From contig CBDCWZ010000010.1 of NCBI GenBank assembly GCA_965223575.1, positions 1 through 64,000 of the forward strand: a DNA stretch of 64,000 nucleotides, read 5' to 3'. Below the pieces are notes generated by a model. It did not search any database and was not told the origin of the DNA. It saw only the letters and a program-made list of their open reading frames with translations. The number at the start of each line of letters is the position of its first letter. Positions within the stretch are counted from its first letter, which is position 1. The translations under genes and the position numbers were made by a program. This DNA comes from Kofleriaceae bacterium (GTDB lineage: Bacteria; Myxococcota_A; Polyangia; Haliangiales; Haliangiaceae). Shown here in pieces: positions 23,378-33,542 of this stretch.

Positions 23378-24973
23378 TTATTCCTGATCGACAATCTTCT
23401 CAGCGAGCCATTGAGCAGGGGTAGCGGTTCTCAGCTGGTTGGCGGAGATGCCGGCGGCGATTCTGTGAAAGATGTCTCTGAGATACTCGTAGGGGTTGGC
23501 GCCGACAAGGGTGCAGTTGAGCACAGCAGTCATGATGGTGGCGTAGCGTTGTCCTGCTTCGCGAGAGCCGACGAAGAGTGCATTTTTGCGAACCAGCGTA
23601 ACGATCCGGAGCGCACGCTCGACATGGGCATTGGAGATCGGCACCGAACCGAACTGCAAAAACAGGCCCAGGGCTTCGCGCTGCCGAGTCCAGTAGGTAA
23701 GCGCTTTGGCCAAGGGGGTACGAGATTTCCTCTGTTGGGCAAACTTGGCAACATAAGCATCGATGTCCGCAATCATGGCAACAGAATGTTGTTGACGAAG
23801 CGCGAGGCGTTGTTCGTCAGTCATCTGGTTGTCCTGGGCGTAACGCTCCACCTGATACAGTCTTGCCATCAAATCGATGACTGGTGCAGCTCGTTTGTCA
23901 CCACTGTCGAGCGCATGAACAAATTTTCTACGCGAATGGTCCATACAGCCAGCCTGCCGTGGTGGGGCCAATCCTCGATAGAGTTTTTTGATTCCCGCAT
24001 ATCCATCATGTTGCGTGTTGCCCTGAAATTCGGCGAGAAGTTTACAAGGGTAAATCCCTTTCCAGTCCGGCGAAAATTCACAATACGCGGTCCGCCCGCG
24101 ATCGCCCAAATAGATCCAAAATCGCCCACGCTGAATGTTTTTGGGATGGGCAGGATTTTGCATTGGCATGGGGGTATCGTCAAAGCTGATCAGTGCGCTC
24201 TTGAGTAGGTCTGTCTTGGCGCCTGGGTTAAAAACGGATAACAGCTCGGCCCCTTGCGCATACCACTGTCCCAATGTTTTGTCAGATAGCTCGATCCCGC
24301 GTCGCAGCAATGCGGTGCTTTGACGATACAGAGGCATCGCGTCGCAGACTTTGCTCGTCATGATTTGCGCCATCAGGCTGGGGGTTACCACGGAGCCTGG
24401 GATCAGTTTGGGCGTTAAATTCCCGCTGACAATGCCGTCTTTGCAGTCACGACACGCGTATTTATGAGCGCGTTCTTCGCGGACGAAGGCATGTTGCTGG
24501 TTCAAATTCTAGGTGCACTGTTTTGTCGAAACCAATGTGGTCCTTTTCGCGATTGCAGCCATTACAGTGGCGTTCCGAATCAGGGGGATGTTTGTCGTCG
24601 ATCACTCGCTCGAGATTGTCTAAATTTGTGGTCCGCTTCTTACGCTTTTTTCTCTTGTGAGCAGGAGTCTTCGATCGTTTCCTTTGGTAAGTCCGAAGGC
24701 CCCCTCGGCCACCATGTATTCTAGGAGCGCGAGTGACAACTGAGCCGGGGAGATTTTTTCTGAGCTCGGACGATATTTCGACGCAATCTGCCTCCGCATA
24801 CCATCGATTTCTTGTTTCATGCGCTCAATGATCGGCATGGCTTCGGCAAGAACTTCTTGGCCGGCTTCACGCTCCTTGTCCGTTGCCAGATTGGCAGTGA
24901 CCGAAACAAGAAATTCGTGAATCGATGCCGTATCGATAGAGCCTTCCCACGTCCCCACACCTCCTTGTATCAC
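23378..24973 (-). pseudogene. IS66 TnpC transposase, at least 2 frameshifts
   Basis: Catalytic part 23378-24505 (..MPLYRQ...DDTPMP..GRFWIY..). N-terminal coiled coil 24620-24973. The zinc-finger segment between them is in another frame. Confidence 0.7.
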
Positions 24974-25734
24974 GCGTGTCCGACATTCTCACCTTTACGA
25001 AACTCTTGATTGCGATTGTTTTTCCGCGAAGAAGTTTCGCCAAATCCTCTGCTTTGATCTCGATCGTGTTCCTGATCTTGTTTGGGAATCGGAAATGTCC
25101 CAGACTCAAGTCGCTTCGCCAAAATGCAATATCCCTGCTGATCAAAAAACAAAATCTTGAGCAGATGACGCCGACGATTGGCAAATACGTATAGATGGCC
25201 GGTTTCTGGATCTGCGTCCAGCGCTTCACGAACAACCTTCGCAAGACCATCAAACTGTTTCCTCATGTCAACAGGATTCACTGCCACAAAAACGCGGACC
25301 TTCGTCGGTAGCGTTAACATGAGCCATCCAGAGAGTTTGCCCACTCGCAGACATTCTCGCCGATCCGACTTGGAACAAAACAATAAACGCCTGCCGTTTT
25401 TGAGAACGAGCTCGTAGCGGGGTTCTCCGCTCAAAGCAATCTCGTCACGAACCTTTACTTCAACAAATTCTGTCTGGCCAGATTGTTTTTCACGCCTCTG
25501 CCAACTCCATAACGCAGACGCCGAGATCCCATGATGTTTGCCAAATTCTACCGCAGACCGATTGCTCTTCTGCCATGCGCGGAGAATCTTTCGCTGCTCT
25601 GCACGACTTCTTTGAATCCGTTTTTGCATTCCATGCGGTTTAACTCGACAGGCTGCTGCGCGAAACATGGGGCTCACGGGGCGCATACGCCGAGAACGTC
25701 TCTGGGGGGACTGCTCGTTCTGGGATCCATTCAC
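24970..25734 (-). CDS. IS66 TnpA (HTH) and TnpB (Orf2) read as one frame
   Basis: AVEFGKHHGISASALWSW (TnpA), then LPTKVRVFVAVNPVDMRKQFDGLAKVV...LYVFANRRRHLLKILFFD (TnpB). Confidence 0.7.
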   Translation of the reverse strand: MNGSQNEQSPQRRSRRMRPVSPMFRAAACRVKPHGMQKRIQRSRAEQRKILRAWQKSNRSAVEFGKHHGISASALWSWQRREKQSGQTEFVEVKVRDEIALSGEPRYELVLKNGRRLLFCSKSDRRECLRVGKLSGWLMLTLPTKVRVFVAVNPVDMRKQFDGLAKVVREALDADPETGHLYVFANRRRHLLKILFFDQQGYCILAKRLESGTFPIPKQDQEHDRDQSRGFGETSSRKNNRNQEFRKGENVGHA

Positions 25735-25739
25735 ACCGA

Positions 25740-26743
25740 GATGTCCACGCTTCTAGAAGATCGGAGCGCTCCGTTATTCAATCGCACCACCGACGAAATC
25801 GCGCTATCTCACCTGGACGTTGGTTCCCTAATCAAATTGCTGGACGCGCATACTGATTCGACGCCAGAGCGACTGTTATTTCTTTGGAATATGTTCGAGG
25901 GAGTGCCGAAGTTTTATCGCGACTGTTACGAACAAGGAGTAATAGATGAGGATCGCAACAAACTGCTAAAGCGGGTTTTCTTTCAGAGTTCGTCTCCACT
26001 CAGAACCGAAGCCGATAACTGGTTCTTGAAAGAAATCCACGGACGCTATGATGTGGTGCTCAAATTCATCCGCGCGAAATGGTGGTTGCAGCCATGGAGA
26101 ACTCGTAACCCACGTTCGTAACGTTAGTGGCGAAGAAAGTGAACAGGTTGGCGGCTATCTGAAGGGGTTGATAGAGAAGTATGGACTAATCGAGAAGAAG
26201 CTACCCATCTTTGCAAAACCAAAAGCACGCAAGGGTCGATATTACATTTCCGATAACTTCCTGCGCGCATGGCTGGCGGCTATTGCAAATCAGGTGGCTG
26301 CACTCAATTTCGTTCCGGCGGACAAACTCATTGCAACAACAAATGATCGCCTTGCGGAAGTTGAAGGATTCGCTTTGGAGAAACTGGTTGGGCAGATCTA
26401 CGAGGAATGTAGCCGCAAAGGAGTGGGCGATTTCCTTTTGTCCGACCGAGTTCAAGGTTTTTGGGATCGCAATGACACGGAAATCGATCTCGTGGCTCTC
26501 AATGAAACAGAGCGTCGGATCAGATTTGGCAATTGTAAGCGATCAGCCACAAGACTCGTTGCTGATTTCACAAAATTCGACGGCCATGTCGCACGATTTC
26601 TTAAAGCTCACAAAAAGTACCAAGATTGGACTGTAGAAAAAGCGGCTATCGCACCGACTATCCCGCCGGGAATCCGAGAAGTCATTCTGTCTCACCAGTA
26701 CCTTGCTCAGGATCTAAATGATTTAACTCGTCCGTTACGGTAG
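25740..26743 (+). pseudogene. AAA ATPase (DUF234 type), 3' part, with an additional frameshift near 26.08 kb
   Basis: ..RYDVVLKFI.., then GGCSHGELVTHV...KGRYYISDNFLRAWL...TEIDLVAL in a second frame. Confidence 0.6.
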
Positions 26744-26801
26744 ATTCCTATCGCCATCGGTTTTAGCGAACTTGTTTAGAACCCAGTGACACCAAGAGAA
26801 C

Positions 26802-26840
26802 TTCACCCCCTTTTTCCGTCACTTTTGGACCATTGCTGTC
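26802..26840 (-). repeat. 39-bp repeat, partner of 148-186
   Basis: See 148-186. Confidence 0.5.
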
Positions 26841-26999
26841 ACACAGGGTCTCGTTGCAACTTAGCGAAGTATTTGACCCCTGATGTGAAATTAGAAAGCT
26901 AACGTCGTCTGCTTTCAACGTAGATCGGCACCTGCGCCTCCTTTCTTGCTTGGGCGCTCCAGGGTCACGAGCTCGATGCGATCGAACAGGTGGCGCAGT

Positions 27000-28024
27000 T
27001 CATCGGCTTCCTCTCGAATAATCGCAAAACGCTTGGGTGCACCCAAATCCTCCGCTCCCAGCTCCGAGCAGCGGAAGCGCCACCGTCCGTGCTCCCAACC
27101 AGTGTGCCAGGCGAAGGGATGACTGCGCCGCTTGTCTGATCGATTGCTCCGACGCTCGCCACGCCAGATCAATCGCGTCGGCGTGGATCACCCACTTCGC
27201 CGCAAGCTGGCCGGCGTTTGTTTCCATGGCGTTGCCCAGCGGCAGTGGGCCTGCTCTGCCGGCGGCCGCAATGACTGCCCGCCCGCCCGCACTGCGGATC
27301 GCCCGCGCCACTCCCTGGGGTATGACAAGCCACGGAGGGATGAGATTTCGATTCCACGCGTTCACGATGGCATCGACTTCGCGAGCGGCGATATCTCCCT
27401 CAACCTCGATGATCTCGGCCCGGGTGGCGCTCACCGCCTCCTGAACGGCGAGTCGATCTGCCAGCCAGACGAGGGAATCGCGATGCTGAACTGTGCCCGC
27501 CCACTTCTCAGGGAGGGCTAGGACTCCGATTTGGGCGCCGATGCACGCCGCTACTGTGGCACCAATGCTGTCGGTATCTCCGCCTGCGCGGAACACTGCA
27601 TTCATCGCAGCCTGAATATCCGTGCCGTGATCGAGGAGAGTGTGAACCACGGCCGACATGCAACCGCAATGGTAAGCTGTGTATCGTCGGATACATCTCC
27701 GGGACGGCGCAAGAAACGAATTAGGCCCCGCCGCATTCGTACTGCACCAGGATAACGAAGTCGAGTCATCCAACGCGGTAGGCTCTCCGCTGGCAGGTTG
27801 AGCGCATCACCGACACCCAGGCCAACCAAGCAACCACGGCATCGATCGATGCGCTCACTCACCTCGCGAGAATCGGTTGGTTCAAGCTCCGGGTAGGCGT
27901 GTCGAGCCCAGCGAATTCGGCACGCCGCCACGAAAGCTCTCCAAACAAGATACCCGGCGCTGACGATCCACAGCGCCGTGAAGGCGAAGCGCACCAAGTC
28001 CACCGTCATTGTGCTCCCTCCCAA
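27000..28024 (-). pseudogene. ADP-ribosylglycohydrolase (ARH/DraG-like) fused to a macro domain, frameshifted near 27.65-27.77 kb
   Basis: N-terminal CLVGLGVGDALNLP...SDDTQL (frame of 27602-28024). GGDTDSIGATVAACIG, then macro motifs NAWN...GNAMET...LPLLGAGSGGF (27000-27773). Confidence 0.65.
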
Positions 28025-28154
28025 CGCCTGATGCCCAGGCGCTCGCTCGTTTTCCGATCCGATATCGGAAATACGCTCGGTCGCCCGGACTTTGGCCAGT
28101 GATCATGCAGCTCTACATACTTTTCCGTGCGGAGGTTCATTTGGATCTTGCCTT

Positions 28155-28194
28155 TGTGTACTTGGTACATTAAGCTATGTGTATAGAGTACACA
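28155..28194. promoter_or_regulatory. Two candidate operator palindromes TGTGTA-N5-TACA(C/T)(A/T) in the divergent intergenic region
   Basis: tgtgta-cttgg-tacatt (28155-28171) and tgtgta-tagag-tacaca (28178-28194); 11 nt upstream of the NrtR-like ATG. Confidence 0.4.
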
Positions 28195-28204
28195 ATAAGA
28201 AACC

Positions 28205-28894
28205 ATGACTGTTACCTACAAATATCCGCGCCCCGCTGTCGCGGTCGATTGTGTGGTCTTTGGTGTCGATGATGAGGACCTAAAGGTACTCCTGATTCAA
28301 CGAGATCTGAAACCATTTGAGGGCTCGTGGGCGCTGCCCGGCGGCTTCGTTCACATGGACGAAGGCCTCCCCGATGCTGCTCGTCGCGAACTCAAAGAGG
28401 AGACGGGCCTCGGGCGTGTGTTCCTGGAGCAGCTCTTCACCTTCGGCGCCGTCGACAGAGATCCGCGAGGCCGCGTCGTGTCGGTCGCCTACTACGCGCT
28501 GGTGCGGCTTATGGATCATAAGGTTCAGGCCGCCACGGATGCCCGCGACGCGAAATGGTTCCCCGTCTGGGACACGCCATCACTGGCGTTCGACCACGAG
28601 CGGATCCTGCAAACAGCTCTCGACAGGCTCAAGGGCAAGGTGCGTTATCAGCCCATCGGCTTCGAGCTCCTGCCCAAAAAATTCACCTTGAGTCAACTCC
28701 AAGGCCTCTACGAAACCATCCTGGAGCGCGAGCTCGATCGGCGGAACTTCCGCAAGAAAATCCTGTCCATGGACATTTTGGAGGAGCTCGATGAGGTTCA
28801 GGAAGGCGTCGCCCACCGTGCGGCTCGCCTCTATCGCTTCAACGAGCGCAAATACAAGAAGCTCGTCAAAGCGGGCTTCGACTTTCAAATTTGA
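28205..28894 (+). CDS. NrtR-like regulator (Nudix domain plus C-terminal winged helix)
   Basis: Nudix box [25 protein letters not shown] terminus ..[28 protein letters not shown].. Confidence 0.75.
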   Translation: MTVTYKYPRPAVAVDCVVFGVDDEDLKVLLIQRDLKPFEGSWALPGGFVHMDEGLPDAARRELKEETGLGRVFLEQLFTFGAVDRDPRGRVVSVAYYALVRLMDHKVQAATDARDAKWFPVWDTPSLAFDHERILQTALDRLKGKVRYQPIGFELLPKKFTLSQLQGLYETILERELDRRNFRKKILSMDILEELDEVQEGVAHRAARLYRFNERKYKKLVKAGFDFQI

Positions 28895-28903
28895 GGAATC
28901 AAC

Positions 28904-29401
28904 ATGTCGCAGATTTTATACAAGACAGGTGACGCAACTCAGCCCACGACCACCGGTTGCAACATTATCGCCCACATCTGCAACGACCTTGGTGGCTGGG
29001 GGAAGGGGTTTGTCGTAGCAATTTCTCGGCGTTGGCCTGGGCCAGAGAAGGAGTATCGACGGTGGCATGCAGAGAAGTCGCCTGCGTTCGAGCTTGGGGC
29101 GATGCAACTCGTAGCGGTCAGCTCCACACTTGCCGTGGCGAATATGATCGCGCAGCGAGGAATCCGTAGCACATCGGATGGTCCTGCCATTCGGTACGCG
29201 GCCCTTCGAACATGCCTCGAGACGCTAACAGATCACGCACAGCGTCTCCGTGCCAACGTGCACATGCCCCGCATCGGGTGTGGTCTTGCTGGAGGAAAGT
29301 GGGAGCAGATCGAACCGATCATCAAAGATACGCTAATCGCTGGGGACGTCTCGGTGCATGTCTATGACTTCGCACCATCCGGTCCCGCGAGAAAGGAGTA
29401 G
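28904..29401 (+). CDS. Macro-domain protein (ADP-ribose / O-acetyl-ADP-ribose processing)
   Basis: GDATQP...[16 protein letters not shown]...[12 protein letters not shown] pattern. 10 nt after the previous stop. Confidence 0.7.
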   Translation: MSQILYKTGDATQPTTTGCNIIAHICNDLGGWGKGFVVAISRRWPGPEKEYRRWHAEKSPAFELGAMQLVAVSSTLAVANMIAQRGIRSTSDGPAIRYAALRTCLETLTDHAQRLRANVHMPRIGCGLAGGKWEQIEPIIKDTLIAGDVSVHVYDFAPSGPARKE

Positions 29402-29404
29402 ACA

Positions 29405-30430
29405 ATGGCAGAGATCAGAGACTTCGGGATTGTTCGGCACCTTCGGGCGGATCCGACTTCGCACATCATCAAGTACAAGAAGGGCCAAGTGCATCGAGCG
29501 GGTCGTGGTGGCGCCCTGTGGTTCTTGCCGATGTCTACGGCCCTGGCGGAAGTGCCGGTCGATGATCGCGAACTGTCGTTCCTGTTCCATGGTCGGTCTT
29601 CGGACTTCCAGGACGTCACGACCCAGGGTGTCATCACCTACCGGATCGCAGCGCCTGAGACAACGGCCGACCGGATTGACTTCAGCATCGACCTCCGCTC
29701 GGGGGTTCACCGGAAACAACCGCTAGAGAAGCTGGCGCTGTTTCTCAATGAGCTGGCCCAACAGTTTGCCTGGGCCTACGTGGTGCGAACTCCGGTTCGC
29801 GAGCTGCTCGTAAGCGGCCAGGAAAAAGTTCGCCAGGACATCATGGCCGGCTTTGCGCAAGAAAATGGGCTGGCGGACCTGGGCATCGAGATCGTCTCGA
29901 TCCGCGTGTCATCCATCAAGCCAACCGCCGACCTGGAGAAGGCCTTGGAGACCAAGACGCGGGAAAAGATCCAGCAAGAGGCCGACGAGGCGATGTTCGA
30001 GCGCCGCGCCCTGGCTGTGGAGAAGGAGCGTGCCATTGCCGAGAACGAGCTACAAAACCAGATCGAACTCGCGACTCGAGAAGAGCAGCTCATCGCCCAG
30101 CAGGGACAAAACGAGAAGCGACGCATCGAAGAGGGGGCCGAGGCCAAGAAGATCGCGGCGCAGGCGGAGGCGGAGCGAACAGAGATCCAGTCTCGCGCCA
30201 AAGCTGGAGGGATCCGGTTCGTGGAGAGCGCAAGAGTTGCGGGCGAGCGCGAGCGCATGGAGATCTACCGGGACTTGCCACCCGCCGTAACCATGGGGCT
30301 CGCGGCCCGCGAGCTTGCCGGCAAGCTCCACAAGATCGAGCATCTCAACCTGTCGCCGGATCTGCTCGGACCGTCGCTGCTGAACCTCATGAACCTCGGC
30401 GCCAAGAAGCTAGATCCGGCAGACGGGTAG
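29405..30430 (+). CDS. SPFH/band-7 family protein
   Basis: Band-7 core (..[20 protein letters not shown]..) and a long Glu/Ala/Arg coiled-coil tail. Confidence 0.65.
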   Translation: MAEIRDFGIVRHLRADPTSHIIKYKKGQVHRAGRGGALWFLPMSTALAEVPVDDRELSFLFHGRSSDFQDVTTQGVITYRIAAPETTADRIDFSIDLRSGVHRKQPLEKLALFLNELAQQFAWAYVVRTPVRELLVSGQEKVRQDIMAGFAQENGLADLGIEIVSIRVSSIKPTADLEKALETKTREKIQQEADEAMFERRALAVEKERAIAENELQNQIELATREEQLIAQQGQNEKRRIEEGAEAKKIAAQAEAERTEIQSRAKAGGIRFVESARVAGERERMEIYRDLPPAVTMGLAARELAGKLHKIEHLNLSPDLLGPSLLNLMNLGAKKLDPADG

Positions 30431-30437
30431 CCAAAGG

Positions 30438-31337
30438 ATGAAGGGAAACAAGGCGCCCAGGGTCGTGGTAGTGACGCGGCCAACTCAATACGACGAGTTG
30501 ATCGCTCGCCACGCGACTCGGCAGCAGGCGGAGTTCTTCCTCAAAGGCCGGGGACAATCGCTGGAGTCCGTGGACCGTGCCCACCAGCTCTGGCTCTCTG
30601 CTGTCGAAGCCATTTCGCAGGCGATACCTGTGTCGTGGCGGAGGTCTGCGGTTTCCCGCCTTGACCTCAATCGGTTCGTCTTCGAGCCCAGCGACCTTGT
30701 TGTCGCTGTCGGCCAGGACGGCCTTGTGGCTAACGTCGCTAAGTATCTCAGCGGACAGCGGGTCGTCGGCATCAATCCAGATCCTGAGACCTACGATGGC
30801 ATCCTGGTTCCGCACCAGCCCAGTGCCCTCAAGCGGCTGTTTAGGTCGGTGAAGGATGAGCGATGCGAGATCGAGGCGCGGTGCATGGTCTCTGTGACCG
30901 TCGATGACGGCCAGAAGCTCCTTGCGCTCAATGAGCTCTTTCTCGGGCATCGCACTCACCAGTCGGCGCGATACCGAATTGGCTGGGCAGGAACCGAGGA
31001 AGTACAATCATCCTCGGGGCTCATTGTCACAACCGGGACCGGCGCCACAGGCTGGGCTCGGTCCATTTGTCTGCGGCGCATCGATCCACCACGGTTGCCA
31101 ACACCGACAGAAGCGAGTCTCGCCTTCTTTGTGCGTGAAAGTTTCCCAAGCGTTGGCACAGGGATCGCAATCCAAGACGGACTGATCCCGCAACCCGAGC
31201 AACTGAACGTCGTCTCGCAGATGAACGACGGCGGAGTCATCTTCGGCGACGGGATCGAGAACGACCGAATTGACTTTCACTGGGGCATGACGGCCAACAT
31301 TCAGGTGGCGGATGTACGCCTACAACTCGTGCGCTAG
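30438..31337 (+). CDS. NAD-kinase-like (ATP-NAD kinase fold) protein
   Basis: VVAVGQDGLV (GGDG-like), NELFL, SSGLIVTTGTGATGW (GSTAY-like) motifs. Confidence 0.6.
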   Translation: MKGNKAPRVVVVTRPTQYDELIARHATRQQAEFFLKGRGQSLESVDRAHQLWLSAVEAISQAIPVSWRRSAVSRLDLNRFVFEPSDLVVAVGQDGLVANVAKYLSGQRVVGINPDPETYDGILVPHQPSALKRLFRSVKDERCEIEARCMVSVTVDDGQKLLALNELFLGHRTHQSARYRIGWAGTEEVQSSSGLIVTTGTGATGWARSICLRRIDPPRLPTPTEASLAFFVRESFPSVGTGIAIQDGLIPQPEQLNVVSQMNDGGVIFGDGIENDRIDFHWGMTANIQVADVRLQLVR

Positions 31338-31344
31338 GAGAACC

Positions 31345-32283
31345 ATGCTGCTGCAGCCAATATCAACCCAACTATCAAAGGCTCGCCGGATTTTGCTTGC
31401 GGGCTGTGGCGGCGGATACGATGTGATGGGAGCGGTTCCACTGTTGGTGGATCTTCTAGCGGCCGGGCACGATGTCGCGCTGGCCAACCACTCATTCTCC
31501 AATCTGGCGGATCTGCCGCGCGTACTCCAGGACGCCGAAGTTGATTGTCTGTATGAGGTGCCACCGTCAGCCGCCACGTCGGACAGGTATTGCCCGGAAG
31601 CTTGGCTTGCGCGATGGTGTGCGGAGAGACTTGGGAGGGAGGTCCAGTCGTGGGCCTTCGCCAAGAAAGGCTCGCGACCATTGCACGCTGCCTACCAACG
31701 GCTTATCTTCGAGCATGACTTCGATGCCATCGTTCTCATTGATGGAGGCATTGATGCAATTTTGCGCGGCAATGAGTCCTCTCTTGGGACACCCGCAGAG
31801 GATCTCGCTTCTCTCGCGGCGGTTTCACGACTCGATGTGCCCATCAAACTCATCGGGTGCGTTGGGTTTGGCGGCGAGATGCGCGATGGGATCTGCCACG
31901 ACCAAGTGTTCGACCGCATCGCCGAACTTACGGCACTCGGCGCGAACCTAGGCAGTGCCACGCTCCTCGCACAGACCTTGGCGGGACAGCGCTACCTCGA
32001 GGCGGTGGATTACGTGTTCGCCAACCAACAGGGCCAGCGCACCAGCCACATTCACAAGGTTGTGAGTGCTGCCGTCCGTGGCGAATCGGGCAGTCGCGGC
32101 GAGCATGTCTGGCTCTCGCCACTCCTCAATCAGTTTTGGTTCTTCGACCTCATGGGCGTCACCGGCAGTCATCTGTTCCTAGAGCATCTCTGGGACACGC
32201 AGGAGAGCTGGGACGTCTCGGCTCGTATCGAAGGACTCCGCAAAGGCGTGGACATCTTGCCTCGATCGAGGATTCCGATCTGA
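31345..32283 (+). CDS. DUF1152-like protein
   Basis: ILLAGCGGGYDVMGAVPL N-terminal motif. taggag RBS overlaps the previous stop. Confidence 0.45.
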   Translation: MLLQPISTQLSKARRILLAGCGGGYDVMGAVPLLVDLLAAGHDVALANHSFSNLADLPRVLQDAEVDCLYEVPPSAATSDRYCPEAWLARWCAERLGREVQSWAFAKKGSRPLHAAYQRLIFEHDFDAIVLIDGGIDAILRGNESSLGTPAEDLASLAAVSRLDVPIKLIGCVGFGGEMRDGICHDQVFDRIAELTALGANLGSATLLAQTLAGQRYLEAVDYVFANQQGQRTSHIHKVVSAAVRGESGSRGEHVWLSPLLNQFWFFDLMGVTGSHLFLEHLWDTQESWDVSARIEGLRKGVDILPRSRIPI

Positions 32284-32298
32284 TGAATCAGCACCATC

Positions 32299-32562
32299 CT
32301 AGATCCCTAGCGCTACGCATTGGAGCGCGGATTTGAAACGCCAATGCGACGAGGTTTCAAGACCATCATCTTCGTGGCCGTCAATCACGGCGATTCCGGC
32401 TAGATGGGCACGATCGAGATTCGTCGTAAGCGGCACGACTAGAACCGATTGTAGTGCTCGGATGAGGGCATCACTCTGCCATACCACCACTGGGCGTCTG
32501 CCTGTTTGCTCAAGTGGACGATGGGCACCGAGATCAGCCCACCAGATTTCGCCGCGCTTCAT
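32299..32562 (-). CDS. MazF/PemK-family toxin (full length)
   Basis: MKRGEIWWADLG....EQ.GRRPVVV.QSD....L..V.VVPLTT. Confidence 0.7.
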   Translation of the reverse strand: MKRGEIWWADLGAHRPLEQTGRRPVVVWQSDALIRALQSVLVVPLTTNLDRAHLAGIAVIDGHEDDGLETSSHWRFKSALQCVALGI

Positions 32563-32790
32563 CTAGCATCTTCTTCAGCCAGCATCTCGCACCACTCATC
32601 TATTCCTTGATCAGCAAGGACCATATCCTCTTCCTCACCAATCTTGGCGAGACGATTTAAGTCGCGGGATCGGGACGGCGAAGCACGATCGAAGAGACAC
32701 GCTCTCCATGGCTAAGATCTAGACGTTTGCCGGGCTTGAGCACACCGTCACGGTATTCAGCTTCAATTGGCTTCACAGTCAATAGGTTAC
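32559..32790 (-). pseudogene. DUF104-type antitoxin paralogue, frameshifted
   Basis: VKPIEAEYRDGVLKPGKRLDLSHGERV.., then the C-terminal EDMVLADQGIDEWCEMLAEEDAR in another frame. Confidence 0.5.
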
Positions 32791-32939
32791 CATGTTCCCA
32801 AACTGCGGGCCATCGCCGTGATTTGGCCCTAGAAAAAGCAACAAAAACGAGAGGTTCAAACCGTCTCCGAAAGCGGCGCAGAGCGTGATTTTTCCGGGCT
32901 AGTCCTCGATTGGGCATAGACGGGGAATTCCAACAAACG

Positions 32940-33075
32940 ATTCGCCACACACACTACAACGCTTTACGTTCACACCAATCAAGGTAACGCGAACGCCCTG
33001 GGCATCGTACAGATAGTTTTCTCTTGCAGACTTCAACTGCCCGTCACAATGTATGCACTTCATGTCCATCTCCCC
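32940..33075 (-). pseudogene. MqsA-like antitoxin N-terminal fragment
   Basis: nt similarity to 9620-9746 (MDMKCIHCDGQLKSARENYLYDAQGVRVTLIGVNVKRC..). Confidence 0.55.
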
Positions 33076-33542
33076 AAACTAGCGATGCGTCCGCCATACT
33101 GTGACGATGACAAGCTCGAACTCACTCCAGAAGCAACCACAACGGTGGGCAACACGCCGAATAATAATGCGTGTCATTGCTCAGACGCGTGGTCTGCCGG
33201 TAGCTCTTCCTGAAAATCTTCCCAAGAAGTTCCTTCGTCGGGATCTCGTTCGTACTCTGCTAGCCGTTCGTCTAATACTTTGCGGTGCCAGTTGGGAACT
33301 TCAACTTGCTCTGATTTATGGCCGAAATCCTGCAATTTTTCTCAGTGGACAGGGTGCTCGCCGACGCGCCCGCTTCGCGATGAGGCCCAAGCATTTCCGG
33401 CAAGTCACGGCTCGAAGATCGTCGGTTGCAATACCCTCGACCTCAGCTCGATGGGCAGCCTCGAGATCCCTGGGATTACACAACACCATGTCTTCTGCGT
33501 TGAGAGCATGTAGATCGCACGTTGTTCTCCTGTCGGCCATGT

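Larger units (their letters stand above)
23300..25740 (-). mobile_element. IS66-family insertion sequence (boundaries approximate)
   Basis: tnpA/tnpB/tnpC order on the minus strand. Splits the ATPase gene. The ends show only weak inverted similarity (gtagcatgaatcatc / gtgtgaatggatc). Confidence 0.7.
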
